From: Eledone cirrhosa
Lineage: Eukaryota
Reading direction: 5' to 3'
Length of the DNA: 64,000 nt
Assembly (NCBI GenBank): GCA_964016885.1
Contig: OZ024743.1
Span: forward strand, 223,510,001-223,574,000
Numbering within the stretch: the first letter of the stretch is position 1; every line of letters begins with the position of its first letter. Under the pieces are notes generated by a model. The model did no database searches and was not told where the DNA came from. It worked only from the letters and a program-made list of their open reading frames with translations. This document shows positions 54,113 through 60,810 of the stretch, piece by piece. Both the position numbers and the translations under genes were made by a program.

Positions 54113-57100
54113 AATGAGTAGGACCCCGACGGCTAATTCTGGACAGAATTAGCCATCGAAACGGCTTGAGCTCAGCCGTCGGGGTCCTACTCGTTCCTAT
54201 TACCCACTCTACTACCCTAAGTATTGAGTAATTTGGTGCGTTATGGTCCACCTGGTTCCTTACCACATTTCCTTCATTATATATATATATATATATATAT
54301 TATATATTTTAGTCTTCACATTTATTATTACTATATACATACATATATATATATATATGTAGGAGGTGAGTTTTATTGTAGTACAATAAAGCAATGCAGA
54401 TATCGGATAAGAAGCACTCTACAGTTTGTGGGACTGGAGTATGCATAATATAAGATCAAAAGATGGTTAAAGGAGTTCCATATATTTTATTATGCGCATT
54501 TCAAAAACAAACATCATCAAACAATAATATTTGCGTTTTCATCAGATAAAACAGGAGAACATGATATGAAGGCTAAAAAACACTTGTTGATAGTGCAGTT
54601 TTAAATCAACATATGAAAAGTGGTTTTAGATTGAGGTGTGATATTGGGAAAAATATTTTATTTAGAGAGGGGGGGGGGAGAAAAGGATGAAAAGGGAAGG
54701 AGATGAGAGGGAGAGATAGGTGATAGAGAGAAAGAGATAGTTTTTATAACTGAGAGGAGATATATTTTATATAGAGGGGTTGAAAACCGTTGGAAGATAC
54801 TGTATAAATTAAAAATTTTGAAAATTAACGAAGGGAGGATATGTGCGAGGAAAAAATATTTTATTTAGGGAGGGGGGGAGTTGGAAAGGATGAAAAAAAG
54901 GGGAGGAGATGAGAGTGAAGGTGTAAAGGGAGAGATGGGTGATAGAGAGAAAGAGATAGTTTTTATAACTGAGAAAAAGATATAATGTTTTAATATAGAG
55001 AGGTTGGGAACCGTTGGAAGATAATGTATAAATTAAAGGAATTTGAAAATTAACGAAGGGAAATTATGTATGAAGATAGAGAGAAAAAAATAATAATTGC
55101 GGGTGAATATTCTAACGTCAATTTCAAAATTAGCAAAGAGAAAAAAAGTTTATGTGTAGAAGGATTTGAGAAAAATAATGTGAAGTTAAAGTTTGTATAT
55201 TGAATTCATATGTATTAATAATGAGTTCGTTGATGGGGAGAAAAAAATAATAATAAATTAAGGATGAAATTGAGATTAAAAAGATTTATGATAGAGAGAA
55301 AATAATAATGATTGCGGATGAATACTCAAAATGTCAAAAACAAATGTTATTGTTTTACGAGAAGATAGAATGGGGGTAATGAGTAAACGAGTATTATAGA
55401 GTGTATAATGCCCTTTAAAGTAAGGTAGATGGGTATATTTTAAAGAATATATGAGTATATATTAAAAAAAATATAATAATAAATTAAGGATGAAATTGAA
55501 ATTAAAAAGATTTATGATAGAGAGAAAAAATAATAATGATTGCGGATGAATATTCAAAATGTCAAAAACAAATGTTATTGTTTTACGAGAAGATAGAATG
55601 AGGGTAATGAGTAAACGAGTATTATAGAGTGTATAATGCCCTTTAAAGTAAGGTAGATGGGTATATTTTAAAGAGGTGTATGTATATGTGCCTTTGAGAA
55701 AAGATTCTAAATTGATAAAGAATTGAATATTAACTGTATACTTTGTGAAAAGTTCTATGGAATTTATGCAGGCAGATAGAAAACAAATCTGAGCGTCTAT
55801 TTATTATGGATTCTAGGTTAGAGATAATGGTAAATTTTTCATTTAGGCAGAGATTACAGATTTTAGATAGAGAGCTGTTCAAGTATGAGGATGCAGAAGA
55901 AATCTTTTTCCAAAAGATGTTATATTTAATGTTTTTGTCTTTTAAGGACCATATGAGTTCTGAGAGAGCAGTGTTAGTTCTTTTAAGTTTGTATTTGAAA
56001 GATGAATGATGATTATAGAGACGAGCTTTAAAAGAGGTGGAAGTGGAGCCAAAATAGGTGAAGGAATTGGTGCTAGTTATAATTTTACATTCATAAATTA
56101 AGTTTTTATCGAGGCAATGGTTGTTGAGAGGACATTTATTTTTAATGCGGCAGTTGCAATTAGAGAGATTATTAATGAGTGATCTAGTGTTATCTATAGA
56201 AGGAATTGGATTGGAGAAGTTGTTTGCGATAGGAATAATAGTTTCTTGATTTAGAGTTGGATTATGAACATTTAGCGAAGTTGTGTTTGACGTTGCATTT
56301 GGGTTTACAGAAGTTAGCCTAGGGTTTACAATGACGTCAGGAGTACTATTACTGTTATTATGAAATTCAATATTGGAAGGAAGAGATTTAGTATTTAATA
56401 TTTTGTTGTTGTGTTTAGAGATGATGTTGGAAATATTGGAGGATGTAGAATACGAAAATTTGATGGTGTGATAATACTCGTTTACTCATTACCCTCATTC
56501 TATCTTCTCGTAAAACAATAACATTTGTTTTTGACATTTTGAGTATTCATCCGCAATCATTATTATTTTCTCTCTATCATAAATCTTTTTAATCTCAATT
56601 TCATCCTTAATTTATTATTATTTTTTTCTCCCCATCAACGAACTCATTATTAATACATATGAATTCAATATACAAACTTTAACTTCACATTATTTTTCTC
56701 AAATCCTTCTACACATAAACTTTTTTTCTCTTTGCTAATTTTGAAATTGACGTTAGAATATTCACCCGCAATTATTATTTTTTTCTCTCTATCTTCATAC
56801 ATAATTTCCCTTCGTTAATTTTCAAATTCCTTTAATTTATACATTATCTTCCAACGGTTCCCAACCTCTCTATATTAAAACATTATATCTTTTTCTCAGT
56901 TATAAAAACTATCTCTTTCTCTCTATCACCCATCTCTCCCTTTCCACCTTCACTCTCATCTCCTCCCCTTTTTTTCATCCTTTCCAACCCCCTCCTCCCT
57001 AAATAAAATATTTTTTCCTCGCACATATCCTCCCTTCGTTAATTTTCAAAATTTTTAATTTATACAGTATCTTCCAACGGTTTTCAACCCCTCTATATAA

Positions 57101-57287
57101 AATATATCTCCTCTCAGTTATAAAAACTATCTCTTTCTCTCTATCACCCATCTCTCCCTCTCATCTCCTTCCCTTTTCATCCTTTTCTCCCCCCCCTCTC
57201 TAAATAAAATATTTTTCCCAATATCACACATCAATCTAAAACCACTTTTCATATGTTGATTTAAAACTGCACTATCAACAAGTATCT

Positions 57288-57323
<36 letters not shown>

Positions 57324-58038
57324 GTATATATAGTGTATTTTGCAATACACTGTATGCTTAATTAAAAGCATTTCGAAGACCTTACGCTATTGTTTTAGAG
57401 TAGTGACAATCTCACTTACTTTAATTTTCAGTAAACAGGGGGGATAAAGCTGACAGAGCTCTGTTTCGCACTTTTTGGTGCTTATCAAAGCTAAGTACTC
57501 CACCTGTTTGCTGAAAATCATGAATGTTTGATTCTTATAGAATTCTAGTAATAATCAGGAACTGATTATACAGAGCGGTTGCCGGTCAAGCAGAAATTGA
57601 AAATTAGAATTGCGTAACAATAGCGTAAGGTCTTCGAAATGCTTTTAATTAAGCATACACTGTATTGCAAAATACACTATATATACATTCATATATATAT
57701 CGCTATTTCAGAGCACAAATTCTAATTTTCAATTTCTGCTTGACTGGCAACCGCTCTGTATAATCAGTTCCTGATTATTACTAGAATTCTATAAGAATTA
57801 AACATTCATGATTTTCAGCAAACAGGTGGAGTACTTGGCTTTGATAAGCACCAAAAAGTGCGAAACAGAGCTCTGTCAGCTTTATCTCCCCTGTTTGATG
57901 AAAATTAAAGTAAGTGAGATTGTCACTACTCTAAAACAATAGCGTATTGTCTTCGAAATGCTTTTAATTAAGCATACAGTGTATTGCAAAATACACTATA
58001 TATACATTCATATATATATCGCTATTTCAGAGCACCAA

Positions 58039-58076
<38 letters not shown>

Positions 58077-58881
58077 TGATGATGTTGATGATGATATAGA
58101 GAGGGAGAGAGAGAAAATGACCCAATGAAAGAGAGTAAAAGTGATCAATAGAAAATATTAGCACAATGAATCAATACAGTTAATCAATAAGTAACAACAT
58201 ATTCATACATTGTTTGATAGAGCCGTTAAAGTACCAGATCAATATACCTTATGATATTTAGTTACTACCCTTTTTGTTCTAAGATCAACTTTGATTTATA
58301 TCCTTCTGGCAGGAGGATCAATAAAATAAAGTAACAGTGAAGTAGTAATGGTTAATTTAATTGATTATAGTACTCCCATATTTTAATAATCAATATATGG
58401 ATACACGTATATTGTGTGAAGTAAAAGAGAATTATTATAAAGAAAATTGGTGGATTGGCAGTATCGGTAGAGGGTCGGACACCATGCTTTGCAGCACAGT
58501 TACGTCCCTTTACGAAGAAAAAGAAAAAGAAAAAGAAAAAGAAGAAAAAGAAGAAGGAGGAGGAGGAGAAGAAGAAGAAGGAGGAAGAATAGGAAGAAGA
58601 AGAATAGGAAGAAGAAGAAGAAGAAGAAGAAGAACATCACCATCTTTGGGTGGGTGTGGTGATAGCTTAGCACACTCAGAATATATGAGTCAGCAAAATT
58701 TGCAAGCTATGAGCATACCAGGTGGATTCACAGCAGCTAGATAAAACATACAATGTGTATTAAATGATAAGGTGATAAATAGATTGTATATATTGTTATT
58801 ACATTCTTACATTTAGGTTTCGAAATCGTTTTGTGTGAGAGGTCTCTCCTGGTCGAATTTCAACAATGTTATTTAGAGCAA
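1..58881 (-). CDS. PLCD: Phospholipase C delta-like gene (partial; 10 exons: 58811-58881, 51742-51893, 49775-49904, 48918-49036, 19154-19220, 15315-15408, 7415-7532, 6528-6613, 2279-2399, 1-82)
   Basis: Hand-spliced exons give one open frame with matching phases: PH domain end, EF hands, X box with SSHNTY, ELDCWDG, YHGHT, SIENH. Gene continues off the left end; the 5' exons were not found and probably lie beyond 64000. Delta-type call rests on domain order and motifs; the exact paralog cannot be determined. Confidence 0.93.
590..778 (-). mobile_element. tRNA-derived SINE with Meta-like core (most abundant family; other copies approx. 2585-2805, 10170-10512, 15640-15780, 20315-20525, 25205-25520, 26874-27250, 32573-32738, 33360-33532, 50256-50380, 58448-58514, 59963-60152, 62204-62422)
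   Basis: Recurrent ~190-nt unit ggtggattggcagtatcggtagag...gagttcaaatccc (box A/B-like)...gcctttcatccttacggggtcgataaaataaagtaccag...agaaacaatta. Copy at 59963 is flanked by the duplication attatttgctacatca. Confidence 0.88.
790..1050. repeat. Short foldback (inverted-arm) element; related copy at about 48612-48850
   Basis: Arms gattcgtttgcaagcaaacagcctcataatg / cattatgaggctgtttgcttacaaacgaatc; same arms and internal tgttctagcggt motif recur near 48.7 kb. Confidence 0.7.
2279..2399 (-). CDS. PLCD: PLC-delta exon, X box ([40 protein letters not shown])
   Basis: Acceptor tatacag, donor gtgagt; DCWDG and [10 protein letters not shown] with second catalytic His; 121 nt. Confidence 0.96.
2967..3037 (-). 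ncRNA. Type I hammerhead ribozyme (family A)
   Basis: Minus strand: tattttat CTGATGA [hairpin stem II] GAAA tgcgca TA ataaaata. Confidence 0.85.
3913..3983 (+). ncRNA. Type I hammerhead ribozyme (family A)
   Basis: Stem I tattttat/ataaaata; CTGATGA 3921-3927; stem II gaacgcaaatatcatc-ccat-gatgttatttgttttt; GAAA 3964-3967; palindromic stem III ATGCGCAT; predicted cleavage after 3975. Confidence 0.87.
4123..4322 (+). mobile_element. 5'-truncated, folded-back element with the 3' half of a hammerhead; second copy 54110-54280
   Basis: Shared ~130-nt 3' segment; GAAA cggct..agccg TC ggggtcc (intact at 54.17 kb); CTGANGA absent; both copies sit in (TA)n. Confidence 0.65.
4896..4960 (+). ncRNA. Type I hammerhead ribozyme (family B)
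   Basis: tattttgt CTGATGA aggcatacca-loop-tggtatcctt GAAA tatgta TA atgaaata. Confidence 0.72.
5455..5785 (-). mobile_element. Diverged monomer of the ~319-nt retrozyme-like repeat, degenerate U3-A8 hammerhead at 5583-5627
   Basis: Colinear motifs shared with 57320-58045 (tagaattcta, atacagagyggttgc, gtgctctgaaatag); minus strand ataacc TTGGCAA ccgc-taaaaa-gtga GAAA cggttg TC ggttat. Confidence 0.72.
6528..6613 (-). CDS. PLCD: PLC-delta exon, X box ([28 protein letters not shown])
   Basis: Acceptor tttccag, donor gtaagt; YL.EDQL.G.S.VEAY.RAL..GCRCVE signature; 86 nt. Confidence 0.96.
6748..7175 (-). mobile_element. RTE-clade (Rex3/Expander-like) LINE 3' fragment; second copy about 21280-21590
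   Basis: Two homologous degenerate segments whose minus strand encodes a GRP....W....LPPRP-type C-terminus followed by (GAA)n. Confidence 0.6.
7415..7532 (-). CDS. PLCD: PLC-delta exon, start of X box ([39 protein letters not shown])
   Basis: Acceptor (t)n gcag, donor gtaagt; YQDM..P...YFI.SSHNT signature with first catalytic His; 118 nt. Confidence 0.96.
7866..8195 (+). mobile_element. tRNA-headed CORE-like SINE with RTE-derived 3' tail, nested in a Meta-like SINE
   Basis: Head tggcttagtggttagagc; ccttgagcaagacactttatttcac core; tail cccttgcaagcagggaaaaagcggtcgtaaaatgatgatg; host SINE split into about 7790-7865 and 8207-8328 with tataag on both sides. Confidence 0.75.
9320..10114 (+). mobile_element. 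Non-autonomous Helitron/Helentron (HINE-like) element with internal tandem duplication
   Basis: (TCTG)n then accgatcttgatgaaacttt; 9430-9575 duplicated at about 9712-9890; 3' hairpin cccaggtattactggg followed by ctagt. Confidence 0.55.
15315..15408 (-). CDS. PLCD: PLC-delta exon ([32 protein letters not shown])
   Basis: Acceptor cattatag, donor gtgagt; 94 nt, phase 0 to 1; I.K.EP...LS..G motif. Confidence 0.9.
16545..18045 (-). mobile_element. RTE-clade LINE, degenerate RT-containing fragment (other fragments approx. 10593-11010, 12498-13260, 14230-14520, 18695-18930, 27290-27800, 34330-34560, 53630-53860)
   Basis: [30 protein letters not shown]-region, [15 protein letters not shown] motifs across frameshifts; (GAT)n tails. 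Confidence 0.9.
19154..19220 (-). CDS. PLCD: PLC-delta exon ([23 protein letters not shown])
   Basis: Acceptor caaag, donor gtaaaa; 67 nt, phase 2 to 0; matches the Y......L....L..FL...Q segment of PLC EF region. Confidence 0.88.
19577..20063 (+). mobile_element. Internally deleted Tigger/pogo-type DNA transposon
   Basis: Imperfect TIRs gaggttcacaatcttttatccgaaaa / ttttcgggtaagagattgtgaaactg, TA on both flanks; transposase N-terminal remnant [25 protein letters not shown] at 19828. Confidence 0.78.
21935..24663 (+). mobile_element. Decayed R4/Dong-clade non-LTR retrotransposon (RT + restriction-like endonuclease), 5'-truncated, interrupted at about 23716-23975
   Basis: [56 protein letters not shown]...IIDIVCPFD across many stops and frameshifts; ends in (TAA)n and is preceded by (TTA)n. 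Confidence 0.88.
24750..25035. repeat. (TA)/(TATG) microsatellite
   Basis: Directly visible simple repeat. Confidence 0.9.
26430..26732. repeat. Degenerate (TG)/(TGCA) microsatellite
   Basis: Directly visible simple repeat. Confidence 0.9.
27586..28032. repeat. Near-perfect palindrome (~217-bp arms, 13-bp spacer) of an old RTE fragment
   Basis: 27586-27802 is the reverse complement of 27816-28032 with one mismatch noticed. Confidence 0.9.
28321..31869. mobile_element. Penelope-like insertion forming a 3.55-kb inverted repeat (arms 28321-30045 and 30144-31869)
   Basis: Arms are near-identical reverse complements with internal ~340-bp tandem subunits; 98-bp spacer encodes on minus strand [34 protein letters not shown], alignable to the C-terminus of the GIY-YIG ORF at 55730. 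Confidence 0.85.
32171..32289 (-). ncRNA. Candidate hammerhead with long stem II and CCGAUGA core, inside inverted repeat 32039-32240 / 32476-32852
   Basis: Minus strand: gtt CCGATGA gccgctctgt...atggagtagc GAAA caattg TA aac. Confidence 0.6.
36268..39350. repeat. 30-bp minisatellite, about 100 copies (catacacacacaaactaacatatatatgga)
   Basis: Directly visible tandem array with C/T variants and occasional 2-bp slippage. Confidence 0.98.
39448..40320. repeat. Degenerate (TG)n-rich microsatellite
   Basis: Directly visible simple repeat. Confidence 0.92.
40515..40978. repeat. GATA/GACA/GGTA compound microsatellite (continues at 45095-45410)
   Basis: Directly visible; flanks the Tx1-like LINE on both sides. 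Confidence 0.9.
40981..45085 (-). mobile_element. Young Tx1/L1-clade LINE, 5'-truncated within ORF1
   Basis: GC-rich island with ORF1 remnant 44704-45075, ORF2, short 3' UTR and AATAAA at 40991-40986. Confidence 0.92.
41243..44679 (-). CDS. LINE ORF2 (APE endonuclease + reverse transcriptase + CCHC finger), one frameshift at 44313-44316
   Basis: LNARGL, GDWN, SYLDRF, SDH; [26 protein letters not shown]; CPRC...[10 protein letters not shown]. Adding one T to GACTTTTCCAG joins the 137-aa and 1007-aa ORFs into about 1145 aa. Confidence 0.92.
48918..49036 (-). CDS. PLCD: PLC-delta exon, EF hand 2 ([39 protein letters not shown])
   Basis: Acceptor ttttaaag, donor gtaaat; L..EEF..FY..LT.R.E motif; 119 nt, phase 0 to 2. 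Confidence 0.92.
49217..49440. repeat. Degenerate pentanucleotide repeat (CCCAA/CCCAG)
   Basis: Directly visible. Confidence 0.85.
49775..49904 (-). CDS. PLCD: PLC-delta exon, EF hand 1 ([43 protein letters not shown])
   Basis: Canonical EF loop [12 protein letters not shown]; AC acceptor; donor gtgatt; 130 nt, phase 2 to 0. Confidence 0.93.
50768..51112. mobile_element. hAT-like MITE inside the U12 intron
   Basis: Imperfect TIRs cagcatttgccaac / gttggcaaccactg with subterminal gtggtcc motifs. Confidence 0.5.
51566..51693. repeat. 30-bp tandem repeat x4 (atttggttggttattacattgctaaaaaca) about 50 nt into the U12 intron
   Basis: Directly visible near-perfect copies, adjacent to (TG)n at 51446-51549. 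Confidence 0.95.
51742..51893 (-). CDS. PLCD: PLC-delta exon, PH domain C-terminus ([50 protein letters not shown])
   Basis: Acceptor ttttcccccag; CFSIV...WVRGL motif; 152 nt, phase 0 to 2; followed by U12 donor ATATCCTTTT. Confidence 0.92.
52232..52282 (+). ncRNA. Degenerate type I hammerhead candidate
   Basis: gcat CTGATGA agacacatg-aataac-catgtaaca GAAA tatata TA atgc; base of stem II is mismatched. Confidence 0.5.
54483..54551 (-). ncRNA. Type I hammerhead ribozyme (family A)
   Basis: Minus strand: ttttat CTGATGA aaacgcaaatattatt-loop-gatgatgtttgttttt GAAA tgcgca TA ataaaa. Confidence 0.85.
55730..56470 (-). CDS. Penelope-like ORF C-terminus: linker + GIY-YIG endonuclease (246 codons + stop, no start; absent from ORF track)
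   Basis: HTIKFSYS...[10 protein letters not shown]...[71 protein letters not shown]; uninterrupted frame. Confidence 0.9.
   Translation of the reverse strand, partial: HTIKFSYSTSSNISNIISKHNNKILNTKSLPSNIEFHNNSNSTPDVIVNPRLTSVNPNATSNTTSLNVHNPTLNQETIIPIANNFSNPIPSIDNTRSLINNLSNCNCRIKNKCPLNNHCLDKNLIYECKIITSTNSFTYFGSTSTSFKARLYNHHSSFKYKLKRTNTALSELIWSLKDKNIKYNIFWKKISSASSYLNSSLSKICNLCLNEKFTIISNLESIINRRSDLFSICLHKFHRTFHKVYS
57448..57492 (-). ncRNA. Type I hammerhead, U3-A8 core variant
   Basis: Minus strand: agct TTGATAA gcac-caaaaa-gtgc GAAA cagagctctg TC agct. Confidence 0.8.
57837..57881 (+). ncRNA. Type I hammerhead, U3-A8 core variant
   Basis: ggct TTGATAA gcac-caaaaa-gtgc GAAA cagagctctg TC agct; GUC cleavage predicted after 57877. 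Confidence 0.8.
58811..58881 (-). CDS. PLCD: PLC-delta exon, PH domain ([24 protein letters not shown])
   Basis: Acceptor ttttacag, donor gtaaga; 71 nt, phase 1 to 0; matches the I..VR.G..T segment of PLC PH domains. Confidence 0.85.
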
Positions 58882-58961
58882 CTGTAAAAGACAGTAGAAA
58901 AATATTATTATTATTAGCATTGATCTGGTCATTGTAATTGTTTGAAAGGTTACTTTTTCTT

Positions 58962-59190
58962 TTAACCTTTTCGCATTTAAACTGGCTGTATCTGACCAGA
59001 ATTCTCTCACCTGGTTCTGTTCAAACCGGCTGTAACCAGTTGCTCATACTGATGTTAAGGTATTGTTCTCAAAACAAATAACATCAAAATCTCGTAGGTT
59101 CGATATTATGTGAGAAAATTATGTAAGGTAAAGCCTTTGCCACAAAAATACAACAGTATATATAAAGTAATGTAAATGCTAAAGGGTTAA
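58962..59190. mobile_element. piggyBac-type MITE, ~225 bp (other copies approx. 2027-2250, 45848-46074, 47052-47270, 59363-59552, 61649-61859; related family near 6290-6461, 20641-20895)
   Basis: Family consensus ends TTAA-ccctttagcattta...taaatgctaaaggg-TTAA; conserved interior across six copies. Confidence 0.85.
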
Positions 59191-60609
59191 TGACTATTAT
59201 CATTTTTCTTTCATGGGTTTGATGAAGACTTTAATTATCATTTTTATCACTTCAACATCTGTTTTTGAAGGCTGGGATGAGATGGGTTAGATTGGATACA
59301 TCTGCAGTACAGTGTATACTTTTTCTTTAAGATATTCCATCATGTTTTTAAGCTCCAGTAACCTTAACCCTTTAGCATTTACATTACTCTATATTTATTA
59401 TTATATTTTCATGGTAAAAGCATTACCCTCACATAATTATCTCCATAATATCGAATCTATGAGATTTTGACATTATTTATTTTGAGAATAATATCTTAAC
59501 ATCAGTATGAGCGGCCAATTACAGCTGGTTTGAACAGAAGGAAGTGAGAGAAGATTAGAAACAAAGATTTGTGGGAGCGAGCGGGACAGGAGCCTGTAGC
59601 AAAGCAGATTCTGCAGAGGAAGTAGAGCTGGATTGTACATACCCTCATGAAATAGCATTCAACACCACAGGCCAAGACCTGACCTGGAATCTACAGGGTA
59701 AGAGGAAGAGAGGTTGGCCCTGTGACAGCTGGAGGTATGACACTGAGGCTGAATTGAGAAAACTAAAAGTCAACTGGAGTGGAATGGCAAGCAACCCAAG
59801 ATCGTGTACAATGGCGAAGGGTTGTTGATGGGGCTGAATGAATGAACATAGCACACAAACTCAAGAGGATCTGATCATACAATGAGAGTAAATACATACA
59901 GATGTGATTCTATATTATTATTTGCTACATCATGGTGCTGTATTATTATTTGCTACATCAAGGACGGTGGATTGGCAGTACCGGTAGAGGGTCGGACGCC
60001 ATGCTTTGACGCATTGAGTTACGACCCTTGCCATTCTGAATTCAAATCCCGCCGAGGTTAACTTTGCCTTTCATCCTTACGGGGTCGATAAAATAAAGTA
60101 CCAGTAATACACTGGGTAATTGCTGGCCTTGTGCCAAAAGTAGAAACAATTATTTGCTACATCATTGCAAACCAATAGAATCATAGAACAGCAAAAAGGA
60201 TGAAACTTACTCTATCTGTTAAATGTTGCACCATACACTATAAACCAATGTATGGCACTGTGATGAGTAAGCACAGAAACCAAACCAATATCATGCCAGC
60301 ATCTGTTGATCTACTGGAAATAGCAGCCAAATCTCCTCCAATCACACTCAATCACTTTGAAAAAATACACTACATATAAAAAGCATTGATGGGATAGTGA
60401 TGGCTTGAATACCTTTAATGATAAGTCTTCCTTGATCCAGGCTGGCCTAGGACTAAACATAATCATCTAATTGGCTATCTCTCTGTTGTAGGTTTATTCA
60501 AACAGAGATAACCAAGAGATACTCAACAGTTACCACCACCACCACCAGAACCACCATCAACACCAACACCGCCACCTCTAGTATCACAGAAGAATGGGGA
60601 GGGGGAGGA

Positions 60610-60810
60610 TGATTGGGCTCTTGGCCTAGGGTGAAGCGGTAAACGGGCTGCACCCAACGTACAAGACTGCAAAAAAATTCCAGCGGACAATGGCCAGTAA
60701 CACCTGCTGCACCAACCACCCCATCTCTCGGAGCTCCTTCCTCAGACGGGCTGGCAAAGTTCCGATCTTGTAGAGAAGCTCAACTGTATGGGGTCCAAGT
60801 ACGCCTGGTA
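60610..60810 (-). mobile_element. Short 3' fragment of a CRE-like (RLE) non-LTR element
   Basis: Minus translation GVLGPHTVELLYKIG...EMGWLVQQVLLAIVRWN resembles the G..G...L.QR.S.A..RGN C-terminal motif; from recall only. Confidence 0.4.

Larger units (their letters stand above)
54357..57293 (-). mobile_element. 5'-truncated Naiad-type Penelope-like element with inverted upstream copy of its 3' region
   Basis: ORF remnant 55730-56470, 3' region 54357-55729 with tandem duplications and hammerhead, inverted copy 56475-57282; (TA)n flanks. Confidence 0.9.
57320..58045. mobile_element. Retrozyme-like ~319-nt repeat: inverted copy (57320-57611) followed by ~1.3 tandem copies (57616-58045)
   Basis: aacaatagcgta recurs at 57616 and 57935 (period 319); 57320-57611 is the reverse complement of 57718-58009; no ORF; (TA)n flanks. 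Confidence 0.82.

Noticed and set aside
55730-56470. Selenocysteine recoding reported for some Naiad elements
   Set aside because: All conserved Cys codons here are TGC/TGT; no in-frame TGA and no convincing SECIS seen by eye.
57935-58000. Second hammerhead-like arrangement (hairpin-GAAA-hairpin-TA-hairpin) in the 319-nt unit
   Set aside because: No CUGANGA or variant box in the required position; treated as ordinary hairpins.
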